Below, in pieces: positions 1 through 8,864 of a DNA stretch of 64,000 bases; positions within the stretch are counted from its first letter, which is position 1; each line of letters opens with the position of its first letter. The DNA lies in contig CAYXZI010000002.1 of NCBI GenBank assembly GCA_964470105.1, positions 8,644 through 72,643 of the forward strand, given 5' to 3'. The DNA is from an uncultured Candidatus Saccharibacteria bacterium. Lineage in GTDB: Bacteria > Patescibacteriota > Minisyncoccia > Phycocordibacterales > PALSA-1337. Both the position numbers and the translations under genes were made by a program. The notes under the pieces are model-generated. The model was not told the DNA's origin, ran no database searches, and saw nothing but the letters and a program-made list of their open reading frames with translations.

Positions 1-1820
1 TTTAGATCAGAAGTACTCCACTTAACTCCTGTTAGAGCAGTTCTGTACTGTCCTGATGTACCCTGAGCACCTAGAGGAACTGAAACTGATAGTGTGAATG
101 TTTCTGATTCACCCTCTTCAATCATATAGTTACCTGTAGCTGTCAAAGTTGTGTCAGTGTTATTTACAAGAGCACCTGTAATTGTGTTAGATGTAGTAGC
201 TGTTCCACTCTTATCAACTGCATAAGTTAGACCTGCTGAAGTTGCTAGAGAAGAAACATAGATAGTATCACCTACCGCTGTTACCTTGTACTTGATTGTG
301 AATAGACCAACATCGTCATTTGAACTTGTACCTGTTGTAGCATCAGTAGCTGTTGAAACTAGAGATAGCTTGATTCCGTTTGTTCGGAATTCCTGAGCTT
401 CTCCAGTAGCTGTACCTGATCTCTCAGATGTTGTGTTCAATTGATCTCCTTCCTCGTTCTCAACATCAATATTGTCTCTGTTTGTTGATGTCAAAGATGC
501 TGCAAGAGTGTTACCCTCAGAGAATCCTGTGTCGATATCATTGATATCAGCTAGGACTGTGAATGTGTATGTCTTACCAGCACTTAGAGTCAAGTTAAGA
601 TTGTTGAATGTTGTTGTAGCTGAAGCAGCACTTGTGCTTACAGACTCTGTAAACTCCTTTCCATCAATCTTAAGCTTTAGAGAACCAGTAACTGCATCTA
701 CGTCAGAAGCACCTGTAACTGTAAGTGTAATTGGAAGTTCATCAACCAATAGGTCTGATGTACCTTCTACCTTGATCTTACCAACCAAGAGTGTAACATC
801 GTCTGTATTGTCTGTGTCATCAACTACTACTATACCAGCGTCTGGTCTTGAAGAATCTGTAGAAATCTTCAACTCTGTGTTTGAAGCAGATGAGAAGCTT
901 ACGAAATCAACAGGAACATTGAATGTATCACCGCCGAAGTCTGCTTCGTCAAGTGTTGTAACAACACCTGATCCATCCTCAAATCTGATATTGTCGATAT
1001 CAACTGACCATGAGTCAGAATCTATATCTCCAGAATCGAAATGATTTACTGCATCAACAGAAACATAGAACTTCTCTGTCTGATCTGCCTTAACGACTAC
1101 TCCACTACTTAGTGTAATTGTCTTTGTGTAGATATCAGAGCTGTTTCCCTTACTGAAGTCTCCAGCATCAGCTGAACCAATCTTCTTGTCTCCCATCCAT
1201 ACTGAGACTGAGTCGATATAGTCATCTAGATGATCTGAATCACTTGAGCTGTTTCCTGCTGGATCGAATGCAACCTTAACTGACTTCAACATAACGTCAC
1301 CGTCGTTTGAAGCTTCTACCTCAAATCCAACAACCTTTACATCGCTTTCGTTCTCGCCGATTTCTTCGTTATTGTATTGTGATAGCTCGTTAACATTGTC
1401 GATGTTTCCATCAGTACCCATTAGACCTGTTGATCCAACTACTGCTGCAGGCTTTGTTCCTGCAATTGGCTCACACTTGAATCCAACTGGACAATTAACT
1501 GCTACTGGTGTTGAAGGAGCACTTGTTCCGTTCAATACACCTCTTGTCAATGGACCTACGAATCCTGTGTTTGGAAGTCCTACACTAGCTTGGTAAAGCT
1601 TTACTGCTGCTTGTGTCTGAGAACCAAAGTAACCTGGCTGTGCTGCTCCTGAACTAATTGAAGGAATAGCAAAACCCTTACTAATCAACCATGACTGAAG
1701 AGCAGATACATCTGCACCAGTACTACCTACTGTAAGGTTAGTATTGAATGCTGCATTTGCTGTTGCACCTACAGCTACTATTGCCAAAGCAACGATAGCT
1801 ATTTTTAAAGATCTTTTCAT
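1..1820 (-). CDS. Large secreted surface (S-layer-like) protein with N-terminal peptidoglycan-binding domain; runs off the window edge
   Basis: Not in the ORF track. Read by hand from ATG at 1820: MKRSLKIAIVALAIVAVGATANA (signal peptide), then NLTVGSTGADVSALQSWL...GYFGSQTQAAVKLYQ...TGFVGPLTRGVLN (PG_binding_1-like), then T/S/D/V-rich beta-strand sequence open to base 1. Confidence 0.8.
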   Translation of the reverse strand, partial: MKRSLKIAIVALAIVAVGATANAAFNTNLTVGSTGADVSALQSWLISKGFAIPSISSGAAQPGYFGSQTQAAVKLYQASVGLPNTGFVGPLTRGVLNGTSAPSTPVAVNCPVGFKCEPIAGTKPAAVVGSTGLMGTDGNIDNVNELSQYNNEEIGENESDVKVVGFEVEASNDGDVMLKSVKVAFDPAGNSSSDSDHLDDYIDSVSVWMGDKKIGSADAGDFSKGNSSDIYTKTITLSSGVVVKADQTEKFYVSVDAVNHFDSGDIDSDSWSVDIDNIRFEDGSGVVTTLDEADFGGDTFNVPVDFVSFSSASNTELKISTDSSRPDAGIVVVDDTDNTDDVTLLVGKIKVEGTSDLLVDELPITLTVTGASDVDAVTGSLKLKIDGKEFTESVSTSAASATTTFNNLNLTLSAGKTYTFTVLADINDIDTGFSEGNTLAASLTSTNRDNIDVENEEGDQLNTTSERSGTATGEAQEFRTNGIKLSLVSTATDATTGTSSNDDVGLFTIKYKVTAVGDTIYVSSLATSAGLTYAVDKSGTATTSNTITGALVNNTDTTLTATGNYMIEEGESETFTLSVSVPLGAQGTSGQYRTALTGVKWSTSDL

Positions 1821-2117
1821 AATAATATTTATAATTTTAAATATCTTCTTCTCGGTTATTAATAATTTTGAGAGAAAACATTTAACAAACTGAACTAATA
1901 AACTTAACTGATAAACTATTCACCATTTCCCCCTCTTTTGTATTCGACACAAAAAAGGAAGATGAGGCTATAAGGATTCGAGACTGATTTCAACTTTTTA
2001 CTAACCGTATAGGAAAAAAGAGTGTCAGAAAATAACTTGTTTTAATCAGGGGTATTATATTGTCAAAGACCGTTGCAGACTATTATATCTTGTACGGCTG
2101 AGAATCTGCAAACTATA

Positions 2118-2126
2118 TGTGGATAA
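2118..2126 (-). promoter_or_regulatory. Perfect DnaA-box consensus (TTATCCACA)
   Basis: TGTGGATAA on + strand in intergenic DNA; function not shown. Confidence 0.4.
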
Positions 2127-2158
2127 CTGGGGCTAAATTGACCCAGTACCAACAAGAG

Positions 2159-2188
2159 CATACTACACAAAATAGCTCCAAAAGTCAA
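2159..2188 (-). promoter_or_regulatory. Putative sigma70 promoter of the surface-protein gene
   Basis: TTGACT-N17-TAGTAT on - strand with TG in the spacer. Confidence 0.5.
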
Positions 2189-2208
2189 CAAAAATACCCG
2201 CCCCGTAT

Positions 2209-2880
2209 CTAAGTATTTAGTGAGTACGTACTCCATCTTCTTTCCCCAACTCTTTTTACGACACCACTTTTAACAAGTGCAATTAATTCTCTCTGGATTG
2301 TCTTTTCACTACAGTCCTTTATCACACTAGTGAAGTCCTTTATAGTTAGATTTGAACTCTGCTTTAATAGCGCCATAATTCTATCTTTTCTTATTAACTG
2401 TTTATCAGCCGATGTTTTTGTGGTAGACAAGTATTGTGTCTGAATTGTGTTATTTTCAAGCCTACCATCGAGTCCAGTTATGTCCTGTCCTTTATTGTCT
2501 TTTATATCACTATCTGTTGCAAAGAAACTTTCAGAGAGGATGTAGCCAGGAAGACCTGCTTCGCTATTATCTTTCAGTAATAATTTAGTTTGAGTTTCTA
2601 ATTCACTAATGATGATTGAGGCATTAACACCTGATATCAGGGAAATATTTGCACAAATATTCAGCAACGAAACCACCTTAAGAGAAGATATTTTTAAAAG
2701 ACTTTTTGCATGATTTTGTTCAACAGAATAAGCAGAGTCAATAAGCATTACACTTGATATCAGTGCAACGCCTTCCTCTCTAATTTCCCACTTCATAGTA
2801 TCACTGTCTTTTATGTGATTAGTGACCAAATATAGTGCAGAAACGATTTTTTGAAATTTCTGAATTATTGTCTTTTCCAT
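2209..2880 (-). CDS. DNA-binding protein: N-terminal four-helix-bundle-like domain, linker, C-terminal DeoR-type winged HTH
   Basis: C-term RKDRIMALLK...LTIKDF...CSEKTIQRELIALVKSGVVKRVGERRWSTY is a DeoR-like wHTH; N-term is helical (KIVSALYLVTNHIKDSD...WEIRE). Confidence 0.7.
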   Translation of the reverse strand: MEKTIIQKFQKIVSALYLVTNHIKDSDTMKWEIREEGVALISSVMLIDSAYSVEQNHAKSLLKISSLKVVSLLNICANISLISGVNASIIISELETQTKLLLKDNSEAGLPGYILSESFFATDSDIKDNKGQDITGLDGRLENNTIQTQYLSTTKTSADKQLIRKDRIMALLKQSSNLTIKDFTSVIKDCSEKTIQRELIALVKSGVVKRVGERRWSTYSLNT

Positions 2881-2966
2881 TGTCTTTTTGAGACCTTTTT
2901 AATGTCCCTTAACTGTCTTTTATTGAAAAAAATTATTGTCCATTATTTGTCTATTATATAAAGGAC
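2299..2966. repeat. Cluster of about 13 TGTCYTTTAT-like repeats within and upstream of the wHTH gene
   Basis: Copies at about 2299, 2313, 2334, 2486, 2496, 2805, 2869, 2881, 2903, 2914, 2937, 2948, plus an inverted copy at 2958-2966. Confidence 0.75.
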
Positions 2967-3055
2967 GTGGCTTAATTGCAAAGTTTATTGATGGTTATGA
3001 CACGCTATAAATATAATAACAATAGTGTGATATGATTATTGTATAAAAAAATATT

Positions 3056-5266
3056 ATGGCAACTAGAAAAAAGATTAAGGATGATGTAAAAAAACAGAAG
3101 GAGGTTGTTGTCGGTAAAGAAACGATGCAGGCAGTCTACGCAATAATTTTCTTTTTGATTGCACTACTATTCGTACTTGCCCCCTTTCATTTAGCAGATC
3201 CATTTGGTCAATATGCATATGAATTTCTTCGTACATGGTTTGGTCTGGGATATTTCCTACTTCCTATCTCTTTCATAATGATTGCCATTTCCTTTCTTAA
3301 AGGTATCGAGGCTGAATTTAAAATCTCAAAGTTTCTTGGTGTAGCATTATTCTTTCTATCAGGACTCGGTTTAATGCGTCTATTAGCAGATGAGGGTGGG
3401 CATGTAGGTAGGTGGATAACTCTACCCTTTATTAAGTTTTTTGGTGTCTATGCGACCCCCCTAATACTCATTGCTGGCATTGCTATATCTATACTTATAA
3501 CATTCGAAATTCATTTTACAGTTGATCACCTAAAATTCTGGAAATGGTTTAGTACAGATGATGAATCTGAGGATGAGGAAGTTGCTTCGGAAACACAAAT
3601 AGACAAAGCCGTCAGTGATGTTGAAAATAAGCTACAAAAGGAACAATTAAAGATAGCTGAGCAGAACCAAAATAAAGGAAAGGTGGAGAAAATACAGAAA
3701 GAAGAGGAAGGGGATATTAAGTTAGTGTCTGCATATAGTTTAAAACCTTTTGTTCCACCACCTCTTTCATTACTAGAAAAGGATCGTGGTAAGCCTGAAA
3801 CTGGAGATATCAAGGCAAATGCAAATATAATTAAGAGGACATTGGCTAATTTCGGTATAGATGTTGAAATGGATGAGATTTCTATTGGTCCATCAGTCAC
3901 TAGATACGCACTAAAACCCGCTGAAGGAGTGAAGCTTTCAAAGATAGTTGCGTTGAACAACGATCTTGCTCTAGCCTTGGCTGCGCATCCTATACGTATT
4001 GAGGCGCCAATACCCGGTAAATCACTTGTGGGTATTGAAATACCAAACACAACAAAGACAACTGTTGGTCTCGCTACTCTTCTAGGCTCAGAGGAGTATC
4101 AGAATTCAGAAAAACCACTATTAATTTCGCTTGGTAAGGGTATATCAGGAAAATCATATTTCTCAAATCTCGCCAAAGCTCCACACATGCTAATCGCTGG
4201 TGCAACCGGATCAGGTAAGTCAGTTACTATTCATGCAATTATTACCTCACTACTCTTCAGAAATTCACCTGAAAATCTTAAATTCATAATGATTGACCCG
4301 AAACGAGTAGAGTTAACTTTGTACAATAAAATTCCTCACCTCCTCACACCTGTTATAACTGATGCAAAGAAAGCGATCTTAGCGCTAAAATGGGCAGCGA
4401 AAGAAATGAGCAGGAGATACGATACGCTCGAGAAGTGTACTGTTCGTGATATTGATTCATACCACAAGACAGTTCTATCACCCGCTATCGAAAGACATAA
4501 GAAAAACAAGGATGAGGTTATGCCTGAAAGCATGCCGTATATCGTAATAGTATTAGATGAGTTGGCAGATATCATGCAGACATATCCACGTGAACTAGAG
4601 TCAGCAATAGTTAGACTAGCTCAAATGAGTCGTGCTGTTGGAATTCACCTTATCCTATCGACACAGAGACCGAGTGTTAATGTTATAACTGGATTAATCA
4701 AAGCAAATGTTCCGACAAGAGTTGCGCTACAAGTATCCGCACAGATTGATTCTCGAACCATACTTGATACTGGAGGAGCAGAAAAATTACTTGGTGCTGG
4801 AGATATGCTCTATCTTGGCGGTGAAATGTCTAAACCTCAAAGATTGCAGTCAGCTTACATAACTGAAACAGAAGTTAAAAAAGTTGTATCTCACCTAGCT
4901 GATACATATAAAGATGAAATAATGGGTGAAATTAATCTCGCTGTACCAGAAGCTGGCAAGGACTCAATTTTTGAATCTAGCTTTGATTCTGATAGTGCTG
5001 ATTTGGGTGATGAGGATGAACTACTAGGACAGGCGAGGGATATAGTAATCGAGAGCGGCAAAGCTTCTACATCTTGGCTGCAGAGAAAACTTGGTATTGG
5101 ATATTCTAGAGCAGCAAAATTAATTGATCTTCTAGAGTCAAAAGGTGTTGTTGGACCAGCTAATGGATCTAAAGCTCGTGAAGTGTACGGATCACAGGCT
5201 TCAGGTGGTGATACTACACCCTCCACCTCCCAACCAGAGACAATAACTGAAGGTAATGATCAATAG
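3056..5266 (+). CDS. ftsK: DNA translocase FtsK/SpoIIIE
   Basis: N-terminal TM helices, Walker A GATGSGKS, IDPKRVEL, TQRPSV, gamma domain ASTSWLQRKLGIGYSRAAKLID. Confidence 0.97.
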   Translation: MATRKKIKDDVKKQKEVVVGKETMQAVYAIIFFLIALLFVLAPFHLADPFGQYAYEFLRTWFGLGYFLLPISFIMIAISFLKGIEAEFKISKFLGVALFFLSGLGLMRLLADEGGHVGRWITLPFIKFFGVYATPLILIAGIAISILITFEIHFTVDHLKFWKWFSTDDESEDEEVASETQIDKAVSDVENKLQKEQLKIAEQNQNKGKVEKIQKEEEGDIKLVSAYSLKPFVPPPLSLLEKDRGKPETGDIKANANIIKRTLANFGIDVEMDEISIGPSVTRYALKPAEGVKLSKIVALNNDLALALAAHPIRIEAPIPGKSLVGIEIPNTTKTTVGLATLLGSEEYQNSEKPLLISLGKGISGKSYFSNLAKAPHMLIAGATGSGKSVTIHAIITSLLFRNSPENLKFIMIDPKRVELTLYNKIPHLLTPVITDAKKAILALKWAAKEMSRRYDTLEKCTVRDIDSYHKTVLSPAIERHKKNKDEVMPESMPYIVIVLDELADIMQTYPRELESAIVRLAQMSRAVGIHLILSTQRPSVNVITGLIKANVPTRVALQVSAQIDSRTILDTGGAEKLLGAGDMLYLGGEMSKPQRLQSAYITETEVKKVVSHLADTYKDEIMGEINLAVPEAGKDSIFESSFDSDSADLGDEDELLGQARDIVIESGKASTSWLQRKLGIGYSRAAKLIDLLESKGVVGPANGSKAREVYGSQASGGDTTPSTSQPETITEGNDQ

Positions 5267-5606
5267 AGACGGAGTACAAAAAATTATAAAGATTAGTCTC
5301 TTTGTATTTATAATACTGGTTGTAACAATATACTCTGTTATCTCTTTCAAAGACTACGTGGATGGACCGCAAATTGAGGTGATGCAGCCGATTAATGGCA
5401 GCAGTATAGCTAGTTCTACCACCCTACTTAAGGGTCAAGTGAAGCGAATAAAGGACGTTAGCATAAACAATAGACCACTATTAATTGATACTCAAGGAAA
5501 CTTTACCTATAACCTACTTCTTTTAGATGGTTATAATATTTTTATAATTTCAGCAATTGATAAGTTTGGAAGAACTACTGAATACAAATTAGAACTTGTC
5601 CACTGA
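5256..5606 (+). CDS. Membrane-anchored Ig-like domain protein
   Basis: One TM helix, then GPQIEV..P.NG..LLDGYNIFIISAIDKFGR beta-sandwich pattern. Confidence 0.6.
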   Translation: MINRDGVQKIIKISLFVFIILVVTIYSVISFKDYVDGPQIEVMQPINGSSIASSTTLLKGQVKRIKDVSINNRPLLIDTQGNFTYNLLLLDGYNIFIISAIDKFGRTTEYKLELVH

Positions 5607-5672
5607 GATTATTATTGAAATATTGATATAATTCAGCGAGTACCCACTCATTATTACTTAATATACAACCGC

Positions 5673-6776
5673 ATGACAAAAAAGATAAAAAACATAAAAC
5701 AAAAAGAAGAAGAATTGGAGGAAAAAATAGAGGAAGTTGACGATGAAGGAGCTGTTAAAAACAAGAAACCGGCAAAAGAAAGTAAGAGTATAGATCCCAC
5801 CCTAAGCATTGGATCTACCCTTGATGCAATTAGATCAAAGTTTGGTGATGAGTCAATAATGAAGCTTGGAGATAAACCGAAGGTAAATGTTAATGCCATA
5901 CCAACTGGCTCTATAGGCCTTGATGCAGCACTAGGAATTGGTGGTATGCCTAGAGGTAGAATTGTTGAGATATTTGGACCAGAATCATCTGGTAAGACTA
6001 CCCTATCTCTTCATATAATCGCAGAGGCACAGAAGATTGGTGGTATTTGTGCATTCATAGATGCAGAGCATGCTATGGATCCAGAATATGCAAAGAGACT
6101 AGGAGTTAAAACTGAGGAATTACTTATTTCTCAACCAGAATCAGGCGAACAAGCACTTGGAATCGTAGAGAGTTTAGTCCATTCAGGCAAGATGGATGTT
6201 ATTGTCATAGACTCTGTCGCAGCACTAACACCAAAAGATGAAATTGAAGGTGATATGGGTGCACACCATGTAGGTAAACAGGCTCGACTTATGTCGCAAG
6301 CACTTCGAAAACTTACTAGTATAGTAGCGAAGTCAAAAACAATAGTTATATTCATAAACCAGATACGTATGCAGATCGGAGTTATGTTTGGTAATCCAGA
6401 GACCACTCCAGGTGGAAAGGCTCTTAAGTTCTACACCTCTGTTCGTCTAGATATACGTCGTATAGCTCAGATTAAAAAGGGTGAAGAGATTATGGGAGGA
6501 CGCGTAAGAGTGAAGGTTGTAAAGAATAAGGTCGCTGCCCCATTCCGCCAGACAGAGTTTGATCTTATGTATAACGAAGGTATATCACAGGAGGGAGAAA
6601 TCATAGCGCTAGGTGAAAAAATGAATATAATATCAAAATCAGGTACATCATATGCATATGGTGATGTTAAGCTTGGTCGAGGATATGATGCTACACGCCA
6701 ATTCCTAAAAGAGAATGTACCAATCAGAACAGAGATACTAGCCAAGATACGTACTCAACTTGCAGAAGTAAAATAA
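5673..6776 (+). CDS. recA: Recombinase RecA with charged N-terminal extension
   Basis: [37 protein letters not shown]. Confidence 0.99.
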   Translation: MTKKIKNIKQKEEELEEKIEEVDDEGAVKNKKPAKESKSIDPTLSIGSTLDAIRSKFGDESIMKLGDKPKVNVNAIPTGSIGLDAALGIGGMPRGRIVEIFGPESSGKTTLSLHIIAEAQKIGGICAFIDAEHAMDPEYAKRLGVKTEELLISQPESGEQALGIVESLVHSGKMDVIVIDSVAALTPKDEIEGDMGAHHVGKQARLMSQALRKLTSIVAKSKTIVIFINQIRMQIGVMFGNPETTPGGKALKFYTSVRLDIRRIAQIKKGEEIMGGRVRVKVVKNKVAAPFRQTEFDLMYNEGISQEGEIIALGEKMNIISKSGTSYAYGDVKLGRGYDATRQFLKENVPIRTEILAKIRTQLAEVK

Positions 6777-6796
6777 TTGTGTAAGATAGAACTATT

Positions 6797-7375
6797 ATGT
6801 CAATGTTAGAATACAATGAAATAGTTGAGAGGAAGTATATTGTGCTTGATGGTCAGCCTTATGAAGTTGTTACTTCACATGTTTTCCGCAAACAACAGCG
6901 AAAGCCAGTTAATGCGACAAAGTTGAAGAATCTTATAACTGGTAAGGTTACTGAATATTCATTCCATGTTTCTGAGAAAGTTGAGGAAGCAGAGATTGAT
7001 AAAAGAGAGATTAAATATCTTTATGAGAATAAAAGTAAAGGAGAATATTGGTTCTGTCTACCAACTGATCCAGGTAAGAGATTTAGTTTCACCAAAGATC
7101 AGGTTGGCGAATCAATAAAGTTCATCAAACCAAATACTATTATTACTCAACTTCTTTTCGGAGAAATATCTACAGGATTCAAGGTACCTAACATTGTAGA
7201 ACTAAAGGTTACAGAGGCTCCACCGAACGTTAAAGGTGACAGTGCAACTGGAGGAAGTAAGGTTATAGTCCTAGAGACTGGTGCAACGATCAACGCCCCC
7301 CTATTCGTAAATGAAGGAGATATTATAAAGGTAAATACAGAAACGGGAGAGTATAGAGAAAGAGTTGGGAAGTAA
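6797..7375 (+). CDS. efp: Elongation factor P
   Basis: TKLKNLITG, PPNVKGDSATGGSK, LETGATINAPLFVNEGD..NTETGEYRER. Confidence 0.93.
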   Translation: MSMLEYNEIVERKYIVLDGQPYEVVTSHVFRKQQRKPVNATKLKNLITGKVTEYSFHVSEKVEEAEIDKREIKYLYENKSKGEYWFCLPTDPGKRFSFTKDQVGESIKFIKPNTIITQLLFGEISTGFKVPNIVELKVTEAPPNVKGDSATGGSKVIVLETGATINAPLFVNEGDIIKVNTETGEYRERVGK

Positions 7376-7377
7376 GC

Positions 7378-7416
7378 AAAAGAAAAACCAGTAGATTGTA
7401 CTACTGGTTTTTCTTT
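7378..7416. terminator. Bidirectional intrinsic terminator between efp and rpsR
   Basis: AAAGAAAAACCAGTAG-loop-CTACTGGTTTTTCTTT. Confidence 0.85.
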
Positions 7417-7421
7417 ATTAA

Positions 7422-7625
7422 TTATCTCGCAACGTAAGGTAGTAAACCTAGGAAACGAGCTCTCTTTACTGCGACCGAAAGCTGGCGTTGTGCCTTTGCA
7501 CTAACTCCTGACTTCTTGCGACTAATCATACGAGCATGAGGATTAAGAAATTTCTTTAAGATTTCTGTATCCTTATAGTCTATATGTCTTATATTGTTCT
7601 GTAGAAAATAACACTGTTTATTCAT
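7422..7625 (-). CDS. rpsR: 30S ribosomal protein S18
   Basis: IDYKDTEILKKF...QRQLSVAVKRARFLGLLPY. Confidence 0.97.
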   Translation of the reverse strand: MNKQCYFLQNNIRHIDYKDTEILKKFLNPHARMISRKKSGVSAKAQRQLSVAVKRARFLGLLPYVAR

Positions 7626-7645
7626 ATTTTTATATTAGTTATTAA

Positions 7646-8104
7646 TTAAAACGGTATATCATCTGGATTAATCTCTTCTTCTGGATAGTCGATAGTATCA
7701 ACTGGTGGAACATCCTTACCTGCTGGATCTTCTGGTATAGATTTTGATGAACTTCCTGCTCCACCTGCTGCGCCTGTTGGTCTATTACCGAACTGTACTC
7801 TGTCTGCGACGATCTCAGTTCGGTATTTCTTCTGACCATCAGCAGTATCCCATGAGCGAGTCTGCATTCTTCCCTCTACTAGCACACCTGATCCCTTCTT
7901 TAGATATTGACCAGCTGTCTCTGCCTGGCGACCGAATACCACGATATTGTGATAGTCTGCAGCTTCTTGCTTTGCTCCGTTCTTGTCTTTCCAAACACGG
8001 TTTGTAGCGACTGAGAATGAACAAACCTTCGAACCCCCTGGTAATGCCTTAGTTTCTGGATCTCTTGTTAGATTACCTATGACCATTGCTCTGTTTAAAT
8101 ACAT
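7646..8104 (-). CDS. ssb: Single-stranded DNA-binding protein
   Basis: LNRAMVIGNLTRDPE...; C-terminal DDIPF. Confidence 0.98.
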   Translation of the reverse strand: MYLNRAMVIGNLTRDPETKALPGGSKVCSFSVATNRVWKDKNGAKQEAADYHNIVVFGRQAETAGQYLKKGSGVLVEGRMQTRSWDTADGQKKYRTEIVADRVQFGNRPTGAAGGAGSSSKSIPEDPAGKDVPPVDTIDYPEEEINPDDIPF

Positions 8105-8140
8105 ATTTTTTGAGTATTAAACTAATAAGACCTAAATGAC

Positions 8141-8632
8141 TTACGCCTCTTTGACCATAGCATCAATACTTTTATCCATATCCTCAACTGAAGCAATTAC
8201 TGGCTCACCTGCTAATTCTACACCTGGTTCGACTGGTACGTCTGCAAGAACTTCAGATACAAGTACAGGAGATTTCTTTCCCAAGTATGTATTCTCTCTT
8301 ATAGTTGTTATAAGAAGCATACGAAGCATATTTGGATTTTCTTCAAACAACTTCTTTATACCCTCAATCTCCTTTGCTGGAAGCTCAAACTTAAACCAAC
8401 CAAAATAACCTTTATCGAATCGGTGATTAGTAGGACCAATCTTTTTGACCATGGTATATGCCAAAGTCCTCAATTCTGGTGCCTCTTCGCCTATAAAATC
8501 TGCTCCTTTCTTAGAAAGGATTTCCCTTAGAGTAGTTACTTCTGAAGCAACTTTCTCCTCTGGAATTGAAGATACGAGCATGTATCCTATTTCATATACC
8601 TGCATCTTCTCTTCTTTCATATTTTTCTCCAT
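8141..8632 (-). CDS. rpsF: 30S ribosomal protein S6 with C-terminal extension
   Basis: YEIGYML, LAYTM, GYFGWFKFE, LRMLL; rpsF-ssb-rpsR order. Confidence 0.9.
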   Translation of the reverse strand: MEKNMKEEKMQVYEIGYMLVSSIPEEKVASEVTTLREILSKKGADFIGEEAPELRTLAYTMVKKIGPTNHRFDKGYFGWFKFELPAKEIEGIKKLFEENPNMLRMLLITTIRENTYLGKKSPVLVSEVLADVPVEPGVELAGEPVIASVEDMDKSIDAMVKEA

Positions 8633-8635
8633 ATT

Positions 8636-8712
8636 TTATGCCTTTTCGGCAATAGTGACAGTAATTTACCCTGTGGTAAAGCGTGATCCGTGCGAATCAG
8701 GACTGTTCACAT
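8636..8712 (-). promoter_or_regulatory. Structured 5' leader of rpsF-ssb-rpsR (candidate ribosomal-protein leader)
   Basis: GTGA-ACAGT/ACTGT-CAC closing stem encloses TGAT/ATCA and TTTACC/GGTAAA hairpins, followed by a TGCC-GAAA-AGGCA hairpin just before the ATG. Confidence 0.45.
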
Positions 8713-8864
8713 ATTTAGTTGATAATTTGCACGTAAATGCAGATTATCACATAGATGGAGAAAATTCAATGTCTGCTATGGACATGGTGTAAATATATCA
8801 ACTTGTGATTAAATCCATATAAAATCCTAATAAAATTGAAATAAAATTTTTATTAATATTTTAT

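Noticed and set aside
472-1596. ORFs 472-1044 and 1372-1596 on the + strand
   Set aside because: Antisense shadows of the long - strand surface-protein gene
2209-2880. Diversity-generating retroelement (Avd-like N-terminus)
   Set aside because: No reverse transcriptase and no template/variable repeat pair seen
2100-3050. Replication origin (oriC) call
   Set aside because: Only one perfect DnaA box and no dnaA/dnaN nearby; GC skew cannot be judged from this window
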